From assembly GCA_963842525.1 (NCBI GenBank), contig CAWJGT010000009.1, positions 608,001 through 672,000 of the forward strand: a DNA stretch of 64,000 nt, read 5' to 3'. Below the pieces are notes generated by a model. The model saw only the letters and a list, made by a program, of their open reading frames with translations, searched no databases and was not told the DNA's origin. This document shows, piece by piece, positions 21,210 through 31,008 of this stretch. The position numbers and the translations under genes were made by a program. Position 1 is the stretch's first letter. The number at the start of each line of letters is the position of its first letter. This stretch comes from an uncultured Holophagales bacterium. GTDB taxonomy: Bacteria > Acidobacteriota > Thermoanaerobaculia > Multivoradales > UBA5704.

Positions 21210-22805
21210 ATGCACCGCATCCTCATCGCCGACTCCCTCGATCCGTCGGGCCTCCTTCTGCTGGAGCAGTCCGGGGCGGAGGTCCACAAGCTCACCGACG
21301 AGGAACGGCCCCGGCTGGCCGAGATCCTCGCCGACTATGACGCGCTGGTAGTCCGCAGCTCGACCCAGGTGACGGCCGACCTGCTGCGCGCCGGCAAGAA
21401 GCTCAAGGTCGTGGGGCGCGCCGGCATCGGCGTGGACAACGTGGACGTCGAGGCCGCTACCGACCTCGGCATCCTGGTGGTCAACGCCCCGACCGCCAAC
21501 CTGCTCTCGGCGACCGAGCACACCTTCGCGCTGCTCCTGGCGCTCGCCCGCCGGGTGCCCGAGGCCGACGCCTCCATGAAGGCTGGACAGTGGAACCGCA
21601 AGCTGGTGGGGGTCGAGCTCCAGGGCAAGACCCTCGGCATCGTCGGCTTCGGCCGCATCGGCCAGCGGGTGGCCGCCCGGGCGCGCGGCTTCGAGATGCA
21701 GGTCGCGGCCTACGACCCGTTCCTGGACGCCACGGCGGCCCGCCGTCTGGAAATCGAGCTTCTGCCACTCGCGGAGCTCCTGCGCGTTTCCGACGTGGTC
21801 ACCCTCCATACACCTCTCACCGAGCAGACGCGCAACCTGCTGGACCGCGAGAGGATCGCTCTGCTCAAGCCCGGAGCGCTCCTCGTCAACTGCGGACGTG
21901 GCGGAGTCGTCGACGAGGAGGCGTTGCTCGCGGCCCTGGAATCCGGTCACCTGGGCGGGGCGGCCCTCGACGTCTTCGCCGAGGAGCCGCCAAAGGACCT
22001 GCGGCTGGTGCGGCATCCCCGGGTGGTGGCCACGCCGCACCTTGGCGCCCAGACGCGCGAGGCCCAGGAGCGGATTTCAACCGAAACTGCCGAGATGGTC
22101 CTCGCCGCGCTCTCCGGCTCCCTCGCCGTGGCCGCGGTCAACCTCCCGTTCCGTGCCGCCGGCGGCCGGGTCGAGCCGTATCTGAGCCTCGGCGAGACCC
22201 TGGGCCGCATGGCCGGGCTCCTCCTCGGCGGTCCACCGCAGCGGCTGGACGTCCATCTCTGGGGGATGGACGAGGCGTTGCGCGTGCCCGTCAGCGTGGC
22301 CGTCCTCAAGGGAGTGCTCACCCCGTTCCTGGGCGAGGGGGTCAACTACGTCAACGCCGAGCGGATCGCCGAGAACCGGGGGATCGAGGTGATCCGCTCG
22401 ACGCACAGCGCGCCCGCGGACTATCCACACCTCGTGGGAGTCACGCTGAGCGGGGGTGGTGGTACGGTCGAGCTCGACGGCACGCTCCTGGGCGAGCGTG
22501 ACCCGCGGGTGGTCCGCCTGGGCGGCTTCCGCCTGGAGTTCCGGCCGCAAGGCAAGCTCCTGTTCCTGGAGAACAGGGACGTGCCCGGCGTGGTCGGCAA
22601 GGTGGGCACCCTGCTGGCCGAAGCCGGGATCAACATCGCGGACATCCACCTCGCGCGGACCGACCGGCAGGTGGACGGCAACCGCGAGGCCATGGCCGTC
22701 CTGCGTCTCGACCAGGACCCGCCACCCGAGCTCCTGGCGCAGCTCACGAGAACCGGCTTCGTGCGCACCGTCCGGCGGGTCGACCTCGACAGCCGTGCCC
22801 TCTGA
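21210..22805 (+). CDS. serA: D-3-phosphoglycerate dehydrogenase
   Basis: GRAGIGVDNVD, GFGRIG, DVFAEEP, TPHLGAQTREAQ, C-terminal ASB/ACT domains. Confidence 0.95.
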   Translation: MHRILIADSLDPSGLLLLEQSGAEVHKLTDEERPRLAEILADYDALVVRSSTQVTADLLRAGKKLKVVGRAGIGVDNVDVEAATDLGILVVNAPTANLLSATEHTFALLLALARRVPEADASMKAGQWNRKLVGVELQGKTLGIVGFGRIGQRVAARARGFEMQVAAYDPFLDATAARRLEIELLPLAELLRVSDVVTLHTPLTEQTRNLLDRERIALLKPGALLVNCGRGGVVDEEALLAALESGHLGGAALDVFAEEPPKDLRLVRHPRVVATPHLGAQTREAQERISTETAEMVLAALSGSLAVAAVNLPFRAAGGRVEPYLSLGETLGRMAGLLLGGPPQRLDVHLWGMDEALRVPVSVAVLKGVLTPFLGEGVNYVNAERIAENRGIEVIRSTHSAPADYPHLVGVTLSGGGGTVELDGTLLGERDPRVVRLGGFRLEFRPQGKLLFLENRDVPGVVGKVGTLLAEAGINIADIHLARTDRQVDGNREAMAVLRLDQDPPPELLAQLTRTGFVRTVRRVDLDSRAL

Positions 22806-22864
22806 GCCATTCTGAGCCACGGCCCGGGGATTGCAGGCAGGGCAGCGGGAAGGAGATACGCACC

Positions 22865-23947
22865 ATGGCGCACGTCGGTGTCATTTTCGGAGGCCGCAGC
22901 GTCGAGCATCAGATCTCGATCCGCTCGGCCCGCACGGTGGTGGACGGGTTGCGGCAGGCCGGCCACCGGGTCACGCCGCTGGGCATTGCCCAGGACGGCT
23001 GCTGGATCGAGTCGGCGCGGTCGGAGGCGGCCCTCGCGGACGGGCGCCCGATCGCGGCTCTCGGTCAGCCGGTCCCTCCGACCTTGCGGCACCTGATCGA
23101 GTCGGAGGTCGAGGTCCTGTTCCCCATCGTCCACGGCACCTGGGGAGAGGACGGCACCCTCCAGGGCCTGTGCGAGATGCTTGACCTCCCCTACGTGGGT
23201 CCGGGCGTGACCGCCAGCGCTCTTGCCATGGACAAGGTCCTCTTCAAGCGGCAGATGGCCGCGGCCGGCGTGCCGGTCGTCGACTACGAAGCCGTGAGCC
23301 GCACCGAGTTCGAGGCCGATCCGCAGGCCATCCTGCGACGGCTGGAGCGGCTGCCGCTGCCGCTCTTCGTCAAGCCCTCCGTCGGCGGCTCGAGTGTCGG
23401 CATCAAGAAGGTTGAGCACCGCACCTGCCAGGAGACCTCCATCCGTTTCGCGCTGCAGTTCGACGACAACGTGCTGATCGAGCGCGGAGTCAAGGGAAGG
23501 GAGCTCGAAACCGCCGTGCTCGGCTACGGGAAGATCGAAGCTTCGGCCATTGGCGAGGTCGTCCCCGGCAACGATTTCTACGACTACGCTGACAAATATC
23601 TCCAGGACACCGCCCAGCTCATCGCCCCGGCCGACCTGCCCCAGGAGGTCGCCGACCGCCTGCGGGAGATCGCGGTCCGTGCCTTCGCCGCGGTCGGTGG
23701 CGCAGGGCTGGCACGGGTGGACTTCCTCTATGAAGAGGAAGAGGACCGGCTCTACGTCAATGAGATGAACACCCTCCCCGGCTTCACCAGCATCTCCATG
23801 TACCCGCGCCTTTGGGAGCTTTCGGGCGTCCCGCTGCCCGAGCTGGTCGACCGCTTGGTGCAGATCGCCCTCCAGCGGCACCGTGACCGGCACCGGCTGG
23901 ATGAGGGGATCAAAGAGTTCCTGGCGGGGCTGGAAGAGAACGCTTGA
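22865..23947 (+). CDS. ddl: D-alanine--D-alanine ligase
   Basis: FGGRSVEHQIS, HGTWGEDGTLQG, GSSVG, FYDYADKY, NEMNTLPGFT. Confidence 0.96.
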   Translation: MAHVGVIFGGRSVEHQISIRSARTVVDGLRQAGHRVTPLGIAQDGCWIESARSEAALADGRPIAALGQPVPPTLRHLIESEVEVLFPIVHGTWGEDGTLQGLCEMLDLPYVGPGVTASALAMDKVLFKRQMAAAGVPVVDYEAVSRTEFEADPQAILRRLERLPLPLFVKPSVGGSSVGIKKVEHRTCQETSIRFALQFDDNVLIERGVKGRELETAVLGYGKIEASAIGEVVPGNDFYDYADKYLQDTAQLIAPADLPQEVADRLREIAVRAFAAVGGAGLARVDFLYEEEEDRLYVNEMNTLPGFTSISMYPRLWELSGVPLPELVDRLVQIALQRHRDRHRLDEGIKEFLAGLEENA

Positions 23948-24087
23948 GCGCCCCTGCGGCGCCTCGTCTTTTGTGTATACTTACTGAGAATCTGATGGCT
24001 TTGCGGTAGGTGCGCTACGGCGAGCACCCTGGGGACGTGGGTGCGCCAAGTGCTCTACATAGGTCTGCTTCTTTCGAAAGGAGAAGT

Positions 24088-26715
24088 ATGAGAGAGCGCA
24101 TGTTTTGGGCAGCAGTCCTGGTGTGCGTGGCGACGGCGTCCGCCAGCCCCAGCGCGGGCTGGGGTGCGCAGGACTTCGTGAAGCTCCAGGCGGAGCACGC
24201 CGAGCGCGTGCGCAGCGCGCTCGAAGCGTTCGAGGTCGAGGATCCAGCCTCCAGGCGGCAGGTGGATCCCGAATCGACTCTCCTTGCAGTGGCGGATATG
24301 GCGATCGCACGCGTCGAGGTCCGGGCCCGGCCTGGCGAGGCCATCCGGGCGCCCCTGGCGCTGGAAGGCGCTTTGATGACCCTGGACCTGGAGCCGCAGT
24401 CCTATCGCGCTCCCGACTTCCAGGTGGAGCTCCGGGGGCCGGGAGGTGTGAGGAGGTTGCTCGATCCGGGCCCGGTGCGCACGCTGCTGGGAACGATCCG
24501 CGAGATCCCAGGCTCTGTAGTGGCTGGCTCTCTCCTGGAAAGCGGCCTGGAGGTGATGGTCCGGTTGCCCGACGAGACGACGCTATGGCTTGAGCCGGTG
24601 AGAAAACATCTCACGGGTGCCAGGCGCGACTTGTACGTCGTTTCTCCTTGTGGACTGGAGAAGGGAGCCGAGCAGGTATGCGGCGTGGAGCGCGCGCTCG
24701 ATGGGCTGAGAGGCCGGCTGCGCTCCATCTCGTCCGCGGCCACGAATGGTGAAGGCTGTGCAGCCCTCGGAGGCTGCGTAGCCGATCTCATCTGCGATAC
24801 AACCTCCACCTTTTACCAGGCGAACAACAGCAATCCGGCTCAAGTGCAGTCGACGGTTGAGTCCTTCATCGCCTTGGTCAACCCGCGCTATGCGGAGCTT
24901 CAGATCCGACATCAGATCTTAAAGATCGTGATCAGCGACGACCCGGCAATCGATCCATATGCCGACCCAACGACCGGAACGCTGCAGCGGATGTCCGAGA
25001 TCTGGGGATATGGAACGCACACCAGTGACCTGGTGCACCTCTTTGGCGGCCGCTCTTCCGGCGTGGAGGCCGGCGAGGCATACCTCGGGGGAGTGTGCAG
25101 TTTCGGTGCGTTTGGAATGTATAGCTATACCATCTTTAATACAGCTAGCTGCGAGAGTGCTGGAATCGTCATCCACGAGTTGGGGCATTCTTGGGGAGCC
25201 AGTGACATTACGACGGGGATCATGGACAAGTTCGGGAACACCTGCACGGATTCCTGGAGCACCTTCTCGAAGAACGAGATCTCGAGCAAGCTCAACGCAG
25301 TTGACGGAATCTGCCTGGATCTGGACAACCAGCCGCCCAAGCCCAGGTTCAGTTTCTCCTGCTCGTTGGGGTCGTGCAGCTTCGACGCCAGCGGCTCGAC
25401 GGACGACCGAGGAATTGACTCATATTCCTGGAGCTTCGGCGGCGGTTCGCAAGCCACCACCTCTCACACCTACACCGCGACCGGCGCTTACACCGTTACC
25501 CTTACAGTGACTGACATCTACGGATCGAAGGCCTCGACGAGCCGGAAAGTGTCGGTGAACGTGGAAGCGCCTCTGCCGGCGGAAAACTATTTCGCCGTAA
25601 CCCCCTGCAGGATCGCCGACACGCGCAGCGGAGCTCCACTCGCGGTCGGACAACTCCGGGCCTTCAACGTCGTCGGATACCCTTGTGGCATCCCGTCGAC
25701 GGCGAAGGCGGTTTCCTTCAACGTCACCGCGGACTCGCCGACCGGACCAGGACACCTGGTCTTTCTCCCCGGCAACCAGGCCTCCGGCCCCTTCGCACAC
25801 TCGACGATCAGTTTCGATCCGGCCAATTCCCCGCGAGTCAACAATGCCATCCTGCGACTGGCCACCAACGGCGCCGGTACGGTGGCCGTCGCCACGTCGA
25901 CACAGGTCCATCTGATCCTCGACGTCTACGGCTACTTCAGTGACGCCACACCGGCACCGGGAGCCCAGGGGCCTTTCGGCTTCCAGACCCTGACCCCTTG
26001 CCGGATCGGCGACACGCGGACGGGTACGCCGATTGCGGCCCATACCCAAACCCCCCGCAACTTCACCGCCCAGGGGGGAGTCTGCCCGGTGCCCGCGGGT
26101 GCTGCGGCTGCGGCCCTCAACCTCACCGTCATTTCGCCGACAGCGGGCGGACACGCCCGGCTGTTCCAGGCCGGCGCCTGGGGGCTGCCGGTGATCAACT
26201 TCAACGCGGGAGCCGTGCTGACCAACGGAGCGAGGATCCGCCTGGCACCGACCACGCCGGACGTCTCTGCCGACTACTTCACGATGATTGTGGGAGCCCA
26301 ATCGACGCACGCGGTGATCGACGTCTTCGGGTACTTCAAGCCGGACGCGCCGTTGAAGTACCGGCCGATCACTGCCTGCCGCGCCGTGGACACCCGCTTC
26401 ACCGACCAGGGAGGGCCTGTGCTGGGATCTCCAGATACCCGCAGTTTCCAGATTCGGGGCAACTGCGGCGTGCCGTTGAGCGCCAAGGCCGTGGCGGTCA
26501 ACATCACGTCCGTCGGATCGGCAGGGCCAGGGTACTTGATTGCCTATCCTTCGGGTGGAACCTTGCCGCCAGCTTCGTATCTCACCTTCGACCCCGGCCA
26601 AGGAGCCCTGGGGAACGGCGGAATCGTAGCTCTTTCCACACAGCCGAACGATCTCGCCATTACAACTTCAACCAGCACGCACGTCATCATCGACGTTTTT
26701 GGCTACTTTCAGTAG
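24088..26715 (+). CDS. Secreted M12B/reprolysin-like metalloprotease with PKD domain and three C-terminal beta repeats
   Basis: Signal peptide; HELGHSWGASD and GIM Met-turn; PKD (FDASGSTD..SYSWSFG..HTY..G.YTVTLTVTD); three CR..DTR...DV.GYF repeats. Confidence 0.85.
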   Translation: MRERMFWAAVLVCVATASASPSAGWGAQDFVKLQAEHAERVRSALEAFEVEDPASRRQVDPESTLLAVADMAIARVEVRARPGEAIRAPLALEGALMTLDLEPQSYRAPDFQVELRGPGGVRRLLDPGPVRTLLGTIREIPGSVVAGSLLESGLEVMVRLPDETTLWLEPVRKHLTGARRDLYVVSPCGLEKGAEQVCGVERALDGLRGRLRSISSAATNGEGCAALGGCVADLICDTTSTFYQANNSNPAQVQSTVESFIALVNPRYAELQIRHQILKIVISDDPAIDPYADPTTGTLQRMSEIWGYGTHTSDLVHLFGGRSSGVEAGEAYLGGVCSFGAFGMYSYTIFNTASCESAGIVIHELGHSWGASDITTGIMDKFGNTCTDSWSTFSKNEISSKLNAVDGICLDLDNQPPKPRFSFSCSLGSCSFDASGSTDDRGIDSYSWSFGGGSQATTSHTYTATGAYTVTLTVTDIYGSKASTSRKVSVNVEAPLPAENYFAVTPCRIADTRSGAPLAVGQLRAFNVVGYPCGIPSTAKAVSFNVTADSPTGPGHLVFLPGNQASGPFAHSTISFDPANSPRVNNAILRLATNGAGTVAVATSTQVHLILDVYGYFSDATPAPGAQGPFGFQTLTPCRIGDTRTGTPIAAHTQTPRNFTAQGGVCPVPAGAAAAALNLTVISPTAGGHARLFQAGAWGLPVINFNAGAVLTNGARIRLAPTTPDVSADYFTMIVGAQSTHAVIDVFGYFKPDAPLKYRPITACRAVDTRFTDQGGPVLGSPDTRSFQIRGNCGVPLSAKAVAVNITSVGSAGPGYLIAYPSGGTLPPASYLTFDPGQGALGNGGIVALSTQPNDLAITTSTSTHVIIDVFGYFQ

Positions 26716-26853
26716 TGGCTCTTTGAAGGCGAGCGGCCGGTTCGCCCGGCCCGGAGAGTGTCAGTACGAGTTCAGCAGAGTCAGGCCAGGGACGGCGAGC
26801 TTCGCTCCGTGGCGTTCCCCGGTGAGCCCTGGACCGGCGCGGGCAGCGTCGTA

Positions 26854-27315
26854 CTAGGGCGGAAGCGGCGCCACCTCGACCTGGGCCAGGCCGTTCCTGG
26901 CCATACCGAGATCCCGGGCGGCGCGCCAGGAGAGGTCGATCACGACGTTCTTGCCGTCCCTCCGGTAGGGGCCGCGGTCGTTGATCCGCACCACCACGGA
27001 GCGGCCGTTCTCCAGGTTCCGCACGCGGACCCGGGTGCCCAGGGGGAGGGTCGGATGAGCGGCTGTCAGGGAAAACATGTCGAACGGCTCACCCTGGGCG
27101 GTTGCCAAGCCATGAAAGTTGGGGCCGTACCAGGAGGCGTACCCCGTCTGGACGCCTGTGTCCCGTCCTGGGAACGGTACGCGCCAGGAGCCGGAGACCC
27201 CAATGAACATCGCTGTCAGCAGAGCCAGCGCCGGGAAGATCCAGATCCCCGCTGGCCGCCTGGCCGGCGGCACATTGACCATCACGGAAGGTCTCGGCGT
27301 TCTCGTCCTCATCAT
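26854..27315 (-). CDS. rlpA: RlpA family protein (DPBB domain only)
   Basis: GYASWYG..FHG..TA.GE.FDM..LTAAHPTLPLG...RINDRGPY...IDLS. Confidence 0.88.
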   Translation of the reverse strand: MMRTRTPRPSVMVNVPPARRPAGIWIFPALALLTAMFIGVSGSWRVPFPGRDTGVQTGYASWYGPNFHGLATAQGEPFDMFSLTAAHPTLPLGTRVRVRNLENGRSVVVRINDRGPYRRDGKNVVIDLSWRAARDLGMARNGLAQVEVAPLPP

Positions 27316-27381
27316 GGCTCCCGCCGGCAGATCCTTGCCAGGATCCTGCCAGCTCGGGGACGAGAGCTTTGTTGAAGGCTG

Positions 27382-28014
27382 CTACTGGGCGGTGACGACG
27401 ATCGACGGCAGGCCCAGCACCGCCAGCTCGCGGCGCAGCGACTCGGCCTGGTCGCGGTCGTTGAACATGCCGACCCGGACACGGTTCCAATTGCCGTCCG
27501 AATAGATGGACGTCTCGGGGTAGAGCTGGACGAGCTCGCCCTTCAAGACGACCGCCCGCTCCTCGTCGCTGAACGCGCCCACCTGCACCGTGAAGCGCGG
27601 CGGGGCGCCCCCGCGCGAGGCCAGGTACATCTCGACCGGCCCCGTCCCGGCCCGCACCAGCCCGATCTCCCGGGCGGCGCCATAGGAGAGGTCGAGGACC
27701 CGGGACTTGCTGAACGGTCCGCGGTCGTTGACCCGCACCACCACCGAGCGTCCGGTGCGGACGTTGCGGACCTCGAGGAGAGTGCCGAAGGGGAGGGTTC
27801 GATGGGCCGCGGTCAGGTCGTTCATGTCATACCGCTCACCGTTCGCCGTCCGCCTGCCATGGAAGTCCTTGCCGTACCAGGAGGCGACTCCCCGGTCGAC
27901 CGGCTTGCGCTCCGGCACCGTGACGGCACGGCGATTGCTGGTACAGGCGGTGGAGAAGAGGAGGGCGAGAGCGGGAAGGAGACAGAGTAACTGGAAGGTA
28001 GCTCGTTTGCGCAT
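27382..28014 (-). CDS. rlpA: RlpA lytic transglycosylase lipoprotein with SPOR domain
   Basis: FSTAC lipobox, ASWYG..FHGRRTANGE, VNDRGPF, SPOR VQVGAFS...RVRVG. Confidence 0.92.
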   Translation of the reverse strand: MRKRATFQLLCLLPALALLFSTACTSNRRAVTVPERKPVDRGVASWYGKDFHGRRTANGERYDMNDLTAAHRTLPFGTLLEVRNVRTGRSVVVRVNDRGPFSKSRVLDLSYGAAREIGLVRAGTGPVEMYLASRGGAPPRFTVQVGAFSDEERAVVLKGELVQLYPETSIYSDGNWNRVRVGMFNDRDQAESLRRELAVLGLPSIVVTAQ

Positions 28015-28132
28015 GCACGGGCCTCCGTAAGGTGGTTTGAGCCATCTTCGTGAGAGCTCTTGATCCAGCGCGGGAAAAGCTTGCGCTGCGAGCATGTTAA
28101 CACATGTGTAACTTTCACCGTGTTTGCGCCAC

Positions 28133-29569
28133 TCAGACACGGGGGGCCGCCACCTCGGCGGCCTCGGTGCCGGCGAGCGCGGGCGCGGCCACCTCGGCCA
28201 GGAAGTCGTCCACCTGCTGAGCGGAGCGGCCGGTGAAGGCGGCCGGGTCGAGCCAGGGGTCGACCTCGGAGCGGGTGAGCCGGAAATCGGCATCGGCCAC
28301 GATGCGGTCGATCAGCGGGTTCTCGCCGCCGTGCTCGACCTCTCCCTGGGCTTCCAGGCTGTAGACGCGGATCCGCTCGTGGAGCTCCTGGCGGTCGCCG
28401 CCGCGCAGCGCCGACTCCATCAGGATGGTCTCCGTGGCCATGAAGGGAAGCTCGCGGGCCACCCGTGCGGCCACCACGCTCTCGCGGACCACCAGGCCGG
28501 AGGCGATATGGGCGGCGAGGCCGAGGATGGCATCGGCGCAGAGGAAGGAGTCCGGGATCACCAGCCGCCGGTTTGCCGAGTCGTCCAGGCTCCGCTCCAG
28601 CCACTGGGTCGAGGCGTTCAGGGGGCCGTTCAGGCTGTCGGTGAGGAGCCGCCGCGCCAAGCCGCACATCCGTTCGGACCGCACCGGGTTGCGCTTGTAG
28701 GCCATGGCCGAGGAGCCCACCTGCTCCTTGTCGAACGGCTCGGACAGCTCGCCCACCCCCTGGAGCAGTCGGAGGTCGGTGCCGAATTTGTGGCAGCTCT
28801 CGGCGATGCCGGCGAGGGTCTGGAGCACTTGGCTGTCCTGCTTGCGGGGATAGGTCTGGCCGGTGACCGGGAAGCTCTCCGCGAAGCCGATCCGCCGGGC
28901 GAGCCTCCGGTCGAGCTCCCGGACCTTCTCGTGATCCCCTTGAAATAAGGTCAGGAAGCTCGCCTGCGTGCCGGTCGTCCCCTTGACCCCCCGGCAGCGG
29001 AGGGTCGACAGCCGGTGGCGCACCTCGGCGAGGTCCGTCAGGAAGTCCTGGAGCCAGAGGCAGGCCCGCTTGCCCACCGTGGTGAGCTGGGCCGGCTGGA
29101 AGTGGGTGTAGGCCAGGCACGGAATCGCCCGGGTGCTGCGGGCAAAGGCGGCGAGGGCCGAGCCGGTGGCGGACAGCCGGGCCGCGAGCAGCTCGAGGGC
29201 TTCGCGGGCGATCAGGACATCCGTGTTGTCCGTGAGGAAGGCGCTGGTCGCGCCCAGGTGGAGGATGCCGCCGGCCCCCTCATGGACGCGGTCGGCCTGC
29301 TCGGCGAAGTGGCGCAGGTGGGCGACCACGTCGTGGCGGGTCCGCCGTTCGAGCTCTGCGACCCTGTTGAGGTCGATGGAGTCCGCCACGGCCCGCAGGG
29401 CCGCGATCTGTTCCTCGGTGATGGGCAGCCCGAGCTCCCGCTCGCACTCGGCAAGAGCGATCCACAGCCGGCGCCAGAGCCCGAACCGGTGGTGGGCCGA
29501 GAAGATCCGGGCCATCTCCGGCGAGGCATACCGTTCGTACAGGGGGTTCTGGGGCGTTTCAGCGAGCAT
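28133..29569 (-). CDS. purB: Adenylosuccinate lyase
   Basis: RHDVVAH, HLGATS, THFQPAQLTTVGKR, GSSAMAYKRNP. Confidence 0.95.
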   Translation of the reverse strand: MLAETPQNPLYERYASPEMARIFSAHHRFGLWRRLWIALAECERELGLPITEEQIAALRAVADSIDLNRVAELERRTRHDVVAHLRHFAEQADRVHEGAGGILHLGATSAFLTDNTDVLIAREALELLAARLSATGSALAAFARSTRAIPCLAYTHFQPAQLTTVGKRACLWLQDFLTDLAEVRHRLSTLRCRGVKGTTGTQASFLTLFQGDHEKVRELDRRLARRIGFAESFPVTGQTYPRKQDSQVLQTLAGIAESCHKFGTDLRLLQGVGELSEPFDKEQVGSSAMAYKRNPVRSERMCGLARRLLTDSLNGPLNASTQWLERSLDDSANRRLVIPDSFLCADAILGLAAHIASGLVVRESVVAARVARELPFMATETILMESALRGGDRQELHERIRVYSLEAQGEVEHGGENPLIDRIVADADFRLTRSEVDPWLDPAAFTGRSAQQVDDFLAEVAAPALAGTEAAEVAAPRV

Positions 29570-29611
29570 GGCGGAGCGGATTCTATCCCGCCACTTGGCC
29601 CCGCATGCGTT

Positions 29612-29663
29612 CCCCCTCTCCCGGTGGTAGGGGGGCGATGGGAGAGGGGGCCAGGGGGTGAGG
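29612..29663. repeat. BoxC/REP-like extragenic palindrome
   Basis: CCCCCTCTCCC...GGGAGAGGGGG stem followed by CCAGGGGGTGAGG. Confidence 0.7.
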
Positions 29664-29733
29664 TCTGTTACAATGCGCCCGCCTCCGGGGGTGGGGATGG
29701 TTTCCCTCCGCCTTGCTCGTCGGGCTCCACACC

Positions 29734-31008
29734 ATGTCGATCCGTGTCGATTCTGAAATCGGATGCCTGCGGCGCGTCCTTGTGCACCGTCCGGGGCGCG
29801 AGATCGACTGGATGGTGCCCTCGATGATGGAGCAGCTCCTCTTCGACGACATCCTCTATGGCGACGAGGCGCGGGAGGAGCACGACCTGTTCTGCAGCGT
29901 GCTCCGCCATGCCGGCGTCGAAGTGCTCGAAGCCCAGAGCCTGCTCGCGGAGGTGCTCCACGATGCGGAGACCCGCGACCGCCTGCTCGGCGAGCTCCAG
30001 CGGGAGTACGGGGTCGCCCCCCGCCAGATCGAATGGCTGGCGGGCCTGACGACCGGCGCTCTCGCTGCCACCCTGATCGAGGGGATCCGCACGCCACCCG
30101 AGGAGGCGGCCTCGGGGCACGTGCCCTACTTCCAGGTCAACCCGCTGTCGAACTACTTCTTCCAGCGCGATCCGCAGGCGGTGCTCGGCAACCGCGTGGT
30201 GATCTCCTCCATGAGCACCGATGCCCGGGAGCGCGAGCCTCTCCTGGCGCGCACCTTCATCGGGCGCCATCCGGCCTTCGCCGGCGTTGCCGCGGTCTTC
30301 GACATCGACGTGCCCCCGTCGGGAGCGCCGGAGCACAACCCCTATTTCCAGTATCCGAGCCTGGAGGGTGGAGACGTGCTGGTGGTGAGCCCGGAGATCG
30401 TCCTGGTGGGGCTCTCCGATCGCACCAACCGCCGCGGCGCCGAGGTGCTGGCCGAATACCTGCGGCTGGAGGAGACTTCGTTCCGCCACCTCGTCCTGGT
30501 CGAGCTGCCACGCAAGCGCTCCTACATGCACCTGGACACGGTCTTCACCCTCATCGACCGTAGCACCTGCCTCGCTCACCTGCCGGTGATTCAGCCCGGT
30601 GGTCCGGAGTCGGCCCATGTCTCCCTCGTGGATCTCTATGCACCGGAGCTGACCTTCACCCTGCGCCCTTCGCTGCTGCGGGCGCTGGCCGATCTCGGGC
30701 TGGAGTTGGAGGTGGTGCCCTGCGGCGGACCCCGGGATGTGATCGCCCAGGAGCGCGAGCAGTGGACGGACGGCGCCAACTCCTTTGCCCTGGCGCCGGG
30801 CGTGCTCCTGCTCTACCGCCGCAACCGCAACACCGTGGAAGAGCTGCGCGGGCGCGGCTGGCGCGTCCTCACCGCCGAGGAGGCACTGGCCACGTCCAAT
30901 CTGATGGACGGCGGCCCGACCGTGATCTCGATCTTCGACAACGAGCTGTCGCGGGCCCGGGGCGGACCGCACTGCATGACCATGCCGCTTGAAAGGGACC
31001 CGCTATGA
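29734..31008 (+). CDS. arcA: Arginine deiminase
   Basis: SEIG.LRRVLVHRPG.E, LLFDD, FQRD, EGGD, MHLDT, ELSRARGGPHCMTMPLER. Confidence 0.95.
   Translation: MSIRVDSEIGCLRRVLVHRPGREIDWMVPSMMEQLLFDDILYGDEAREEHDLFCSVLRHAGVEVLEAQSLLAEVLHDAETRDRLLGELQREYGVAPRQIEWLAGLTTGALAATLIEGIRTPPEEAASGHVPYFQVNPLSNYFFQRDPQAVLGNRVVISSMSTDAREREPLLARTFIGRHPAFAGVAAVFDIDVPPSGAPEHNPYFQYPSLEGGDVLVVSPEIVLVGLSDRTNRRGAEVLAEYLRLEETSFRHLVLVELPRKRSYMHLDTVFTLIDRSTCLAHLPVIQPGGPESAHVSLVDLYAPELTFTLRPSLLRALADLGLELEVVPCGGPRDVIAQEREQWTDGANSFALAPGVLLLYRRNRNTVEELRGRGWRVLTAEEALATSNLMDGGPTVISIFDNELSRARGGPHCMTMPLERDPL

Noticed and set aside
28015-28130. Cyclic-dinucleotide riboswitch upstream of rlpA
   Set aside because: Only a partial GCAAAC...GAAA resemblance; the required stems could not be built
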